Assembly: GCA_038087875.1 (NCBI GenBank)
Contig: JAXLNO010003993.1
Span: 1 to 64,000 of the forward strand
Length of the DNA stretch: 64,000 bases
From: Malacoraja senta
Taxonomy: Eukaryota
Direction of reading: 5' to 3'
The notes under the pieces are model-generated. The model saw only the letters and a list, made by a program, of their open reading frames with translations, ran no database searches and was not told where the DNA came from. This document shows positions 1 to 11,790 of this stretch, in pieces (positions within the stretch are counted from its first letter, which is position 1; each line of letters begins with the position of its first letter). The position numbers and the translations under genes are program-made.

Positions 1-1087
1 TGAAACTCTGTCATTATCCAAAATTACCATGAAATTGGTTATGCTCATGGCATTAGTTTCAGCACAGAGAGTTCACACATTACAGAAACTCAGAATTGAT
101 AGAATGAAAGTAGGGCAAAATGCCGTGACATTCTATGTCTATGATTTACTGAAGCAAAGTAGACCTGGGTTCACAGGATGCAAGTTGGAATTTTTAGCAT
201 ATCCTACAGATTCACGACTGTGTGTAGTAACATATGTGAAATGTTACATAGAAACAACAAAAGTTTTAAGAGGCGCCGAATTGGCATTTTTTATTAGTCA
301 TAAAAAGCCTCATAAGAAAGTGTCAACACAAACAATTTCACGATGGTTGAAACAGGTGTTGAGATATTCAGGTATTGATACTGATAAATTTAAATCTCAT
401 TCCACCAGGGCGGCATCAACATCAGCGGCCAGGGATTCAGACGTGCTAATAGACCTTATTCTCATGGCCGCAGGATGGGCAAGTGAACAGATGTTTCACA
501 AGTATTACCACAAGGAGATTAAAGATCTCAGAGGGTTTGGTAATGCTGTGCTGGATACAGTATTAAATCCCCCATTATAATAAATGGGCCTAATTTTGTT
601 ACTTTTATTAAAATAAATAAAACCATTAACTGATTACATTCAAATGTTGTGGTTATGCATTGTTGATTGTGCTTACTCAAATAGAGTCAATCGATGCAGT
701 GAACACCTGGATTTGAATCCACGGTGTGAAATCACAGAGCTTTGAAATCTTCACGTAGTCACTCACGTGACTCCGAAGTAAAATAGTAAGATTAAACGAG
801 AACTTACCAAGTTTGAAGCTTGATCTTTATTTTATGAGGAGTAACGTTGAGGGATTACGTGCCCTCCGCTCCCACCCTCATAAAAGGATCAAGCTGGTAG
901 TTCTAAGTCTTTATGCATCTTACTATCATACTTCAGTAATTATCGTCTGTGATTGTCACTCCGCTGCTTTGAAAGATTGACGCGTGTGCGGCTGGACGGG
1001 GCTTCTTCACGTAATCCCTCAACGTTACTCCTCATAAAATAAAGATCAAACTTCAAACTTGGTAAGTTCTCGTTTAATCTTACTATT
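1..1087 (+). mobile_element. 3' part of a DIRS1 tyrosine-recombinase retrotransposon (YR C-terminus, ICR, right ITR)
   Basis: Mirror of 45865-46951. ICR at 748-861; right ITR at 978-1087, ending ...cttactATT. Confidence 0.93.
29..580 (+). CDS. DIRS1 tyrosine recombinase, C-terminal part (frame continues 5' of the window)
   Basis: SAQRV...HSTRAAS...AAGW...FHKYY carries the R-H-x-x-R-Y catalytic pattern; only 4 nucleotide differences from 46372-46951. Confidence 0.92.
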   Translation: MKLVMLMALVSAQRVHTLQKLRIDRMKVGQNAVTFYVYDLLKQSRPGFTGCKLEFLAYPTDSRLCVVTYVKCYIETTKVLRGAELAFFISHKKPHKKVSTQTISRWLKQVLRYSGIDTDKFKSHSTRAASTSAARDSDVLIDLILMAAGWASEQMFHKYYHKEIKDLRGFGNAVLDTVLNPPL

Positions 1088-1412
1088 CCACCTGCCACAT
1101 ACCAGCCTCTGCCCCATTCCTCCTTCAAACTGCTGGAATCTTCCCATCCTCTCCTTCAATTCTAATGCAGTGCCTTGCCTTGAAATGTTGGTATATGTCA
1201 TTTGCCTCCACAGATGCTGTTTGACCAAGTACTTCCACTGGCCTTTCTTTAGTCTAAAATTCTTGTTGGAAATAACCACAAAGTCTTACTCTATCTATAA
1301 TTGAAACCATTTAATTGGTGCTTAGAGAGCTTTCTAAAATCATGAGGGCGATTGATCAGGATTTATTTTACCCAGGGTAGGGTAATCAAGAACCAGCAAA
1401 AACAGGTTTAAG

Positions 1413-2044
1413 CAGTGTTCAATGCTAATTTTTTAGGTGTCGGAGCTGTCAAACAGGGGCATTTCAGATTTTGCTGGGGGGGGGGGGGCAAGCTAGTCTC
1501 CCTAGAGGGTCAAACAAGATTATAGCCTATTACTACATCCCAGTGTATAGCTAGTACTTTAAAACATATAATACATAATTTAATTATGACAAAATATTGC
1601 ACGGTTGCACTCACTGATTATCATGAAATATAATTATGAAGCAAGTAAAGAAAAAGACTGTTATCATGTATTTTTACAGAGGTGCCGGCAAGACACCGAC
1701 TCACCCTGACTATCCCACAGCTCTGGGCCTTCACACACACACACACACACACACTCTCACCCTCACACCCATTCACCTACACACCCACCCACCAGAGTTC
1801 CAGGCTCAGCTCCAGGCCCACAACCACAAACGATGCACACATCACATGGTCTGTCTCTGCTGCATCATAGTGTTCCCCTCCTCCTGCAGGGAACCTCAGT
1901 AGTGATGGATCTTCCCCTTACCCCTCTTTTAATCAGGTTACCCCGACCACACATCCGCTAGTTAAAATTCCACCCTGTTTATTTTTTCTTTAACAGATGT
2001 GCCGGATCGGTGCTCAGGTGAGCTCCGGCAGCACTGCACCCCTG
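1413..2044. mobile_element. Non-autonomous hAT-type DNA transposon (MITE) inserted in a CR1 remnant
   Basis: 8-bp TSD GGTTTAAG at 1405-1412 and 2045-2052; imperfect TIRs CAGTGTTCAATGCT / CAGGGGTGCAGTGCT; internal (CA)n tract. Confidence 0.8.
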
Positions 2045-2800
2045 GGTTTAAGGTGAGGAGGAAGATTTAGTAGGAACCTGAGAGGCAACCTTTTCTACGA
2101 AGAGGTTACTGGGTGTATGGAATGAGCTGCCAGCGAAGGCAGAATAACAACATTGAAAAGACACTTGGACAGGTACATGGATAGAACATGTTGAGAGGAA
2201 AGTGGGCCAAACGCTGGCAAATGTGACTAACCTAGATGTAGCATCTTGTTCAGCTTGGAGCATTAGGCTGAAGTACCTACTTCCATGCTATATGGCTCTA
2301 TGACTCTTTGTTAGATGAACATAAACATGGCAAATGGAGTTTAATAATGGAAAATATGTGCTCACACACTCTGGTAAGAGCAATTCAAAGGAAGCTATTA
2401 TCTAAATGGAGTGAGATTGCAAATGAGTGGAGTACAAGAGATTCAAGTGCTTAAAGTGCAAAACAAAAAGCCAGCAGGTAGATGCAGCACACAACTCAGA
2501 AGGTGATTAGCATTCAAAGGTAGGTTACTATTGTAATTATGGTACATGATGTTGCTGAGGACATATCAGGAGCACTGTGCACAGCTTGGTCCTCAAATTT
2601 AAGAAAGGATATATTAATATTGCATATCAGCTAGAAGAGATTTCTGGAATAAGCAAGTGTTACCTAACCATGAATGGCTGAAATCACTGGTTCTGTGTCC
2701 CTTGGAGATGACAAGAAACAGAGTTAACCTTATGAATGTATTAAAGAGGCATGATGTGGTGGTGAATTGATGGATAATGCGTGGATATATTCTAAAAGAA
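2045..2800 (+). mobile_element. Degenerate CR1/HER1-like LINE RT C-terminal and 3' fragments
   Basis: Remnant motifs tttaaggtgag...gaggcaaccttttt and tggcaaatggagtttaat typical of CR1 ORF2 ends; many stops. Confidence 0.65.
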
Positions 2801-3194
2801 CAGGGAATTGTGTCTTATGTGGAATAAGCACAGTAAAGGAGTTGAGGCATCAGTCATATCAGCTGTTATCAACATAAATTGCTAGATAGCTCTAATTTGT
2901 ACAAATGCAGGGCAGTTTATTGAGAATTTCTGTCATGTTTGATAAACTTAATTTAACTCTTTCCATTTATTTCAGTTCCTGCATTTTAATCACATCCATG
3001 AAATCTTCTACTCAGCGATTGGTTAGCAGTGCACGTTCTGCTTTGGTTGAATATTTTGATAATCTGAGGAGGGAAATTAAATATTAGACAACAAAGAAAT
3101 GGCATAGCAGAGAACAGAACTCAGAAAGATGCAACTAGTTTATTCACTTTAACTGTTGATTCATCCCACATAACATCTTCCTTCCAGATATAAA

Positions 3195-3707
3195 GGCACA
3201 GCGCCAGACACCTGGGTTTGATCCTGACCACGGGTGATGTCTGTACGGAATTTGTACCTTCTCCCTGTGACTGCATAGGTTTTCTCCAGGTGCTCCAGTT
3301 TCCTCCCACATTCCAAAGACAGATGTGCAGGTTTGTAGGTTAATTGACTTGTGTCCCTAGCTTATGTGGGTGATCGTTGGTTGGTGCGGACTCAGTGGGG
3401 CCGAAGTGTCTGTTTCAATGCTCTCTCTCTAAACTAAACAAAAAACTCAATACTCCTTCAAATAGTTCCGTTCACACAAGTTCTATGTTATCTAACTTTC
3501 GCTTCCACACTAGGGTCAAATTACAGAGACCAATTAACCCATAAAACCTGGCATCTTTAGTATGTGTGTGAAAACTGGAGGACAGTGGAAACCCATGCGG
3601 TCATAGGGAATACATGCAAACTTCACACAGCCGACAACCGAGGTTAGGATTGAACTGATGTCTATGACGCACTGAGGCAGCAGCTCTATCAGCAGCGCCA
3701 CTCTGCC
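3195..3707. mobile_element. Two tRNA-derived V-SINE (HE1-like) copies, tail to tail
   Basis: V-domain core (ttctccctgtgactgcataggttttctccaggtgctccagtttcctcccaca...caaagac) on + at 3195-3440 and on - at ~3503-3707. Confidence 0.8.
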
Positions 3708-4408
3708 TCAGGTTGCGTCATGTTCAGCACAAACGTTGTTGGACAAAGGACCTGTTCCTCTATTACAGGGGCATTCCCATTCACCGTAAAATTCAGCGAA
3801 CTCAGCACCATTGGGTCACTGGAAATATTCCCTGCCTGACCATCAGATCCCTCCAGATCAGTCAGACAGACACCAGTTAGGCAGCATCTGCCTGCAAATG
3901 ATTCATGTCCCTCAAACCCCTCCATCTCCATGCACCACGAAGGTGCACCCCAGACGCCACCATCCCTGGCAGTGCTTTCCAGGCACACACCACATAGTAT
4001 GTAATACAAACTTGCCCTTTTTAAAAAAACTGCAGCTTCTACCCTGCACTGAATATAATGCAATAAGTTAAATGCCATAGTAGGCATTTAGTTAATTGGG
4101 ATAATTTTAGTCAATTGGGAGGTGTGATTGCAAATCTTGTACAATATCATAAACCAAGTAAAATGTGACAAAGTCAAAATGGCCAGGCACAAAGAACAGA
4201 ATAATCATGAACATCAATAACATGTCAATAACTAGACTCTCCTTGTGTAAGGCAGCATGCTGTAAGGTTGCAAACTCGTTTGCTCCCTTAACTTTTAGCT
4301 TCCACTGACCACTCTTTCAATGTTACTGGTGACTATTTGACTTCAAGACACCGTCTAACTGTTCATAAAGTGTTGATAACACTTTTACACGCCTTAATCG
4401 TGAAAAGC

Positions 4409-5281
4409 ATGGAGACAAGAAGGAAAGGAGGATCCCCAAAGAAGGAACTGGGGAAAGCCACAACCACAGCTGTAGCTTCTGATTCCAGCATCATAGAAGC
4501 AATATCGAAAATGAACGATGAATTGAAAAATGAGCTGAAAAATGAAATGAAAACAAGATTTGGCAGTTTGGAAGAAATGGTGAAAGGAGTTTCGACCAAA
4601 TTGAAGGAAGTCCAAGGAAAACTGTCTTTGTTACAAGATGAACTTCGTGAACAAAAGGATCAAATTGATATCTTGCGCACCCTGGGACAGGAGAGAGATT
4701 TGAAGATTGAAAAATTGGAACGGAGAATGAATGAAAACACTCGAGCACTTCAGCAATACAGGTCTAAAAATATGGACTTAGAAAACAGAAGCCGTCGTTT
4801 GAATTTACGAATTGTTGGTTTGCCGGAAGGCCAAGAAGGAGATAACGTTATAAAATATGCTTCTAAAATGATAAAGGAAACATTCAACATTGAGCACAAT
4901 GAAAACCTTCCGTTCCTGGAGAAGGCACACAGGATTGGGAAGAGATCCGGTAATAAACCGAGACACTTGATCATTCGGTTTCATTTTTTTCAAATGAAGA
5001 AGAATATTCTCCAGGCAACAAAAAAGTTTGGTGTGGTTGAATATGAAGGATGTAAGTTTCAGTTTGTCCCTGATTATAGTTACGAGCTTTTGGAAATAAG
5101 AAAGACTTTTTATAATGTAATGTCTGATTTGTATAAGAAAAACTGCGCCCAGCTCTATTATCACCAGCTAGATTGCGTATTCGGCTTTTCAATGGTAACT
5201 TTCGATTTTTTAACAGTCCTCAAGATGCCTCCAGCTGCGTCTGAAGAGCTACGACGAGGAAGGGGAGTAATTGATAGCTGA
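4409..5281 (+). pseudogene. L1 ORF1p (coiled coil, RRM, CTD) with a late frameshift
   Basis: ATG at 4409; the A-run at ~5138-5142 is one base shorter than in the mirror copy, shifting frame after LYKK. Confidence 0.88.
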
Positions 5282-5867
5282 TTAAGTTATAATTGGAGAT
5301 TTACTGTTCCTAATTTGACAACATTTCGTTTCGTAATGATTAAGAATTTAACTGGACGAGTTGTTTTTCTTTTATATATATTCTTTTAAGAATTTCTTTG
5401 TTAATTCGTGTTCCCCTGTCGTTAGACAAACTAAGAGAACGCAGTTCTTGTTTTTTATATCTTGACCTTGGATAATAATAAGCAGCATTCCATGCCAGTC
5501 TGTATTTTTTTTTCTTCTCTCTCAAAGAGATAATAACGAATGTGTTATGACGTAGTGGTTAAATATTATTCTTTTTATGCTGAGTGCTGTTACTGGGAGA
5601 GATGGGATTGGGGAGGGGATTAGGTAGTTTGCTGACTGTCTTTTGGTCAGTTTGGGGTTCTACAGGGGTGGGAGGGGGGAGGGGGGAGGGGGGAGGGGTC
5701 TTTTGTTCCCTATTTTGTGATCTCCATTTGTGCAAATTCTGAACTACAAAATTGGCTGAAATGTCGTCACTTCTGGCTCCGCCCTAGATTTTTCTTCTTC
5801 CAGTATTATGAACTTTTAGGCTTCAAGAAATTAACCCATTACATCCCACATGATTTTTACAAGCAAT

Positions 5868-8800
5868 ATGGATAAAGTTACTAATTTCCTTTCATGGAAT
5901 GTGAATGGCTTGAACCATCCCATTAAGAGGATATTTTTTTAAAAAGTTCTTCACAGACTTAATGCTCAGATTATCTTTGTTCAGGAAACTCATGTAAGGC
6001 AAGATGACAAGTCACGATTTTTCAAGTTTTGGAGAGGACAGCAGTTTCATTCAAATTCACAGGCTAAGGTGAAAGGTTGTCTCTATTTTTATTGACCCCT
6101 CAATTCTGTTTGTTCACCATGAAACAATTTCTGATCCATATGGCAGATTCTTGGTGATTACCGGTGTCCTTTATAGGCAAAAAGTCACTATGGTGAATGT
6201 CTATGCACCAAATATTGATCACCGTGAGTTTTTTAAACAGTTAATTGCATCCTTTCCTAATTTAAATGAACACTTTTTAATAATGGGTGGAGACTTCAAT
6301 TGCTGTTTGAATCCCTCGATTGATACGTCTACATCTGATCATGTGCTTCCAAATAAATCAGCTAATTTTATTAATTCTTTTTTACTTGACTCGGGAATGT
6401 TAGAAATTTGGAGATTCTTACATGCAAATGACAAAGAATTTTCATTTTTCTCTCATGTATATCATAATTATTCTAGGATCGACTATTTTATACTAGATTC
6501 TCGGCTAATTCCATTCGTCATTGCATGTGAGTATGATACAATTGCTATTTCTGATCATGCACCAGTGAAACTATTGATCAAACTACCTGATTCCAAGTTT
6601 AGTGCTAAACAATGGCGATTTAATGCTACTTTGCTTCAAGACTTAAACTTTATTAAGTTTATGAAAGATCAGATTGCTTTTTACTTCTTGACAAACTCTA
6701 ATGAAGAGATATCCAATGGTATAGTTTGGGATGCTTTTAAGGCATATATTCGTGGACAAATTATTTCATACTCCGCGGGATTAAAAAAACAAACACAAAA
6801 AGAAATACGCACATTGGCTGACGAGATTAAAGAAATTTATAAAAAATATTCAAAAGCTCCTAGTTTAGAGCTCTATAAGAATAGAGTTGAACTTCAATTG
6901 AGATATGATTTGTTATTAGTATCACCGATTGAGAACCAGTTACTTAAAACCAAAAGTAAATTTTATATAAATGGCGTAAAATCTGGTAAATTACTTGCTA
7001 ATCAATTGAAAGCAGTGTCGGCCAAGCGTCAGATTACTAAAGTGAGTAAACGGGATGGTACAGTAACCGTAGACCATGACGAAATTAATAAATCCTTTCA
7101 GGAATTTTATACCTCCCTATACCAATCAGATTTTCCTACTGATTCCAATATATTGCATGAGTTTTTAAAGAAACTGAACTTACCAAATTTACCATATAAT
7201 GAGTCTCTGTTGTTTCGATGAACCCATCACGGAAGACGAAATACAGAAAGCAATATTTTCAATGAATTTTGGTAAAGCTCCCGGATTAGATGGGTTTACA
7301 GTAGAATTCTTAAAGTATTTCTCAAATTTATTGTCTCCATGGCTATGCAAGGTATTTAAAGAAGCCTTTTTAAGGAATAGATTACCACAATCTTTTTATG
7401 AAGCTTCTATTTCTTTAATTTAAAAAAGATAAAGACCCTACTGAAGTGACATCATATAGACCTATATCAATGTTAAATGTAGATTTTAAAATTCTTTCCA
7501 AAATATTAGCTATGAGATTGGAAAAGATTTTACCGCAAATTATCTCTGAAGATCAGACAGGTTTTATTAAAAATCGTTACTCATTCTTTAATGTTAGGAG
7601 ACTAATAAATATTGTATATACAGCGTCTAATAAAACCCCAGAATGTGTCATCTCACTTGATGCCGAGAAGGCTATTGATAGAGTAGAATGGAATACTTAT
7701 TCAATATACTTGAAAAAGTTAAGATTGGTCCAAAATTTATCTCTTGGATCAAACTGATATATCTTATACCTCAGGCTTCTGTATTTACTAATAATCAGAG
7801 ATCCCCTTTTTTCAGGCTCTTTCAAGGTACTAGACAGGGCTGTCCCTTAAGTCCTTTACTATTTGATATTGCTTTGGAAACTTTAGCCACTGCTATTAGG
7901 GAATACCCTAATATTTTTGGTATTGTCCGCGGGAATAAGACACATAAGCTATCTCTTTATGCAGATGATCTGTTATTATTTATTTCTAACCCTGAGAAAT
8001 CTATTCCGGCAATAGTAGCATTACTTAATCAATTCAGTAGTTTTTCTGGTTATACAATACAATACAATACAATACAATTTATTTGTCATTTGGACCCCGT
8101 TGAGGTCCAAACGAAATGTCGTTTCTGCAGCCATACATTACAAAACGAAGAAGACCCGAGACACAACACAATTTACACATACATCCATCACAGCGCTGTG
8201 ATGGAAGGCAAAAATAACGTATCTCTCCACTGCACTCACCCCCCCGATGTCAGAGTCAAAGTCAAAGCCCCCGGCGGGCGATGGTGATTGTCCCGCGGCC
8301 ATTAAAGCCACGCCGGGTGATGCAAGGTCGCGCACCGGGTCTTGGTGTTAGAGCCCCGGCGTGCGCTCGCAAAGTCCCGCGGCCATTCCAAGCCGCGCGG
8401 GGCGGTGATGTAAAGCCCCGCTCCAGGTGCTCTTCAACCCCGCAACTCGGGCGGGAGAAGTCGCCGCTGTGGAAGCCCCGAAAAGCGGTCTCCCACCAGG
8501 GACCCGCGGGCTTCCGGTGTTGCCGTCCGCCAGACCCGCGGCCGTAGCCCCTGAATCTCCGGGGGTCGGGTTGCAGCAGCGCTCCACCACAGCTCCACCC
8601 GCTCCGGACTTGGCCAGCCCCGTGACGGTGAGTAGTCCGCAGCTCCGCAACTGGAGCCCCAGGTCGTTCCTGCTGGAGGCCGCTCCACGTTGCCCAGCCC
8701 CAACGACAACGGAGACCCGACAAAGAAAAGGTCGGGTCTCCCGTGCAGGGGAAAGATTTTAAAGTTCACCCCCCCCCCACCCCCACACACATACCCCGAC

Positions 8801-10476
8801 AAAAAAAATAATAAAAACTACATAGAAACGAGACAAAAATAATAAAAAGACAGACGGACTGCAGAGGCCGCTGCTGACGAGAGTCGCGCCTAAATCTAAA
8901 CTAAACTAATTATAAACTAAATCTTAGTAAGAGTGAGCTTTCCCATTAAATAATTTTGTTTCGAGTTATGGACAGTTTCCATTTAGATTGACTACCGAAC
9001 CATTTTTACTTATTTAGGTATTAAGATCACCAAGAAACACAAGGATTTATTTAAAGCTAATTTTATTCCTTTAATTGACCATATTAAACATCAGTTCACT
9101 AAATGGTCACCAATGTCCTTATCCTTAATTGGCTGAATCAATGCTATTAAAATGTTCATTTTACCTAAATGTCTGTATTTATTTCAGACGATACCAATTT
9201 TTATTGCCAAATCTTTCTTTGATATTATAGACTAAAATTTCTTCATATATATGGCAGAATAAAAATCCCAGACTAGGTAAAAAATACCTACAGAAATCAA
9301 AAAAAGTTGGTGGTTTGGCATTGCCGAACCTTAGACTCTACTATTGGGCAGTCAATGTTCGTTATTTAACATTTTGGACAAAAGATTTAGAAGATACCTA
9401 ATGCCCTGGATGGATAAACCTAGAACGTGATTCCTTACAAGGGCTATAATTGGCTTCTATTCTAGGGACCTCGTTACCTTTTACAATTACGAGATTGAAT
9501 AAATATATGACGAACCCAATAATAAGACATACGTTCCGAATACGGTTTCAATTTTGTAAGTTTTTTGGACTATCTGATTTTATCCAAATTTCTCTTCCAA
9601 CCATCTAGTACTGATCAAGTTTTTTTGTAATGGAAGAGGAAGGGATTAGTAGCTTTTTGTGATTTGTTTTTGGAGGGTTGTTTTATGTCTTTCGAACAAC
9701 TCTCCAATAAATATAACTTACCTAATTCACACTTTTTTAGATATTTACAAATTAGACAAAAGGAACTACCCCTTTTTCCGCTACCACATCAACCCGAAAT
9801 TTTGGAATTTTGTTTACAGTTGAACCCTTATCAGAAAGGATTAATAACGACTATTCATGAGTTGATTTTAAAATTACAAATAGATACATTTGATAAAATT
9901 AAGAATGACTGGGAAAGAGAACTCCAAATGTCTTTCTCTATAGAGAAATGGGAGAGGATCCTTCAATTAGTTAATACCTCTTCAATGTGCGCAGACACGC
10001 TTTGATACAATTCAAGGTGGTTCACAGAGCTCATATGTCAAAAGATAAGTCAGCTCGTTTTTATGGTCATATAAATTCTACCTGTGACAGATGTAATTCT
10101 GAAGTGGCATCACTGACCCATATGTTTTGATCCTGCCCTCTTTTGGAAAAATATTGGAAATAAATTGTTGATACTATTTCGGTAGTCTTAGGTATAGATT
10201 TACAACCTCATCCTATTACTGCAATTTTTGGGTTACCAATGTTAGATTCTATTCATTTGTCCCACTCCGCCCATCGGTTGATTGCTTTTACCACATTAAT
10301 TGCCAGAAGATTTATTTTATTTAAATCGAAAGATTCCAACCCTCCGACCACACTCCAGTGGTATTCTGAAACGATATCATGTTTAAATTTAGAAAAAATC
10401 AGGTGACATTGTTGAACCCTTGGTTAAATTTGATAAGACTTGGGGAAAATTTATTGAACACTTTCATACAACATAA
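5868..10476 (+). pseudogene. L1 ORF2p (APE endonuclease, RT, Cys-rich end), multiply frameshifted and interrupted at 8055-8914
   Basis: Starts MDKVTNFLSWNVNGLNHPIKR; ORF pieces 6151-7221, 7199-7423, 7446-7757, 7688-8054; reading resumes GY|KLNLSKSE at 8915. Confidence 0.92.
8055..8914 (-). mobile_element. Unclassified GC-rich non-autonomous retroelement-like insertion in the L1 RT
   Basis: TTATA duplicated at 8050-8054 and 8910-8914; minus-strand 3' end GACAAATAAA plus (ATTGT)n tail; three strong hairpins. Confidence 0.75.
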
Positions 10477-10574
10477 ATTGATCCCTCTTTAACCGTTATA
10501 AAAATTATTTTACCTTCATAGGGTGGAACAGACTTGACGACAAACAGACTTAAATTGTTGAATTTCTCAGTTCA

Positions 10575-10712
10575 NNNNNNNNNNNNNNNNNNNNNNNNNN
10601 NNNNNNNNNNNNNNNNNNNNNNNNNNNNNNNNNNNNNNNNNNNNNNNNNNNNNNNNNNNNNNNNNNNNNNNNNNNNNNNNNNNNNNNNNNNNNNNNNNNN
10701 NNNNNNNNNNNN
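10575..10712. other. 138-N undetermined or masked run
   Basis: Seen directly; mirrored by 137 N at 36249-36385 with identical flanks. Confidence 0.99.
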
Positions 10713-11214
10713 TTACATTTATGTTTCCTTTTAAAGATTGAACTATATTCATTGTGTATTTTGACACTGGTCTCATATTAGGTTATACCTGTTATTAATG
10801 TGTTTAATCATGATCCCTATGTATCAATACCATTGTTATGTTTATCATTATTCTTTTTGCTCTGTTTTTTTAATGTTTTATTTTTGTTTTTGTTTTTGTT
10901 TTTTGGAAAAAAAACAATAAAAAGATTTTAAAAGAAAGGTACTGAATAAAAAAGTTGGGATGTTCTGCTACAGTTGTACAATATGTTGGTGAGGCCACAT
11001 TTAGAGTATTGTGTTAAGTTTTGGTCACTCCACTATCGGAAGGATGTCATTAACAGGGCCTGTGATTCAGGGAGAGGATGAGAATGCTTGGACTTTAATC
11101 CTTGGCACGCAAGAGGCTGAGGGGTGATCTTATAGAGGTTTATAAAATCAAGGAGCATAGATAGATTGAATGCACAGAATCTTTTAACCAGCCTTGTGTA
11201 ATCAAGAACCAGAG

Positions 11215-11790
11215 GACGGATTAATAACAGCAACAAAATTAATACTGAAATTTTGGAAAAATGCTCCTACGCCAACAATAAAAATGTGGACTTCTAATAT
11301 GTCGGAATTGTTACATCTAGAAGATATGAGATTCCTCCTAGCAGGTAAACAAGACCAATTCCAAAAGATTTGGTCTCCATATATTGACTTATTACAAACA
11401 TAAGGTGCAACAAAATGATGATAATAAATGGTTTTAAGTCCTGGCGAGGGGTGAGTAAAGATAAGAAGTAGGTGCATCCCTTTCATATTGTCCTATCTTA
11501 TTTTATTTTTTCTCTTTTTTTTCCTCTCTTCTTTAACTACTTCATGTGGTTTAGGTACACATCTGTGTTCCTGGACCACTTTTTCATTCACTCACTGACT
11601 GTCTTTGCTAGCTCTTTCTATCCTTTCTTTCTATTAAAGTTGAAAAACAGAAGTGGTACAAGAACTGTATAAATTTACGTTATTGCAGATTACTGTAATG
11701 TAAAATACTTCTAATAAATAATAAAAATAAAAAAAATAAAAAAATAAAATAAATAAAAATAAACAAAAAAATAAAAAATAAAAAATAAAA
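11215..11790 (+). mobile_element. 5'-truncated L1 3' end (ORF2 tail, 3' UTR, A-rich tail)
   Basis: GLITATKLILKFWK...PTIKMW...LLHLE...FQKIWSPYI*; A-rich tail at 11713-11790. Confidence 0.8.

Larger units (their letters stand above)
4330..10930 (+). mobile_element. Near full-length decayed LINE-1 (ORF1, long inter-ORF spacer, EN-RT ORF2, 3' UTR); boundaries approximate
   Basis: ORF1 DLENRSRRLNLRIVGLPEG; EN motifs WNVNGL, NVYAPN, MGGDFN, SRIDY, SDH; RT motifs YRPISMLNVDFKILSKILA, QGCPLSPLLF, YADD; C-terminal CDRC...HMFWSC. Confidence 0.95.

Noticed and set aside
29-580. Phage or bacterial integrase, or prophage contamination
   Set aside because: It sits inside a DIRS1 element with RT/RNase H, ICR and ITRs, flanked by vertebrate SINE/LINE debris.
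1997-2017. 21-nt micro-exon (ttttctttaacag|...|gtgagc)
   Set aside because: Lies in the subterminal motif region of the hAT MITE and is antisense to the MHC exons; no supporting gene.
8138-8802. Several overlapping 65-153 aa ORFs on both strands (and mirrors at 38157-38821)
   Set aside because: Stop-poor frames are expected in GC-rich repeat sequence; no recognisable domain.
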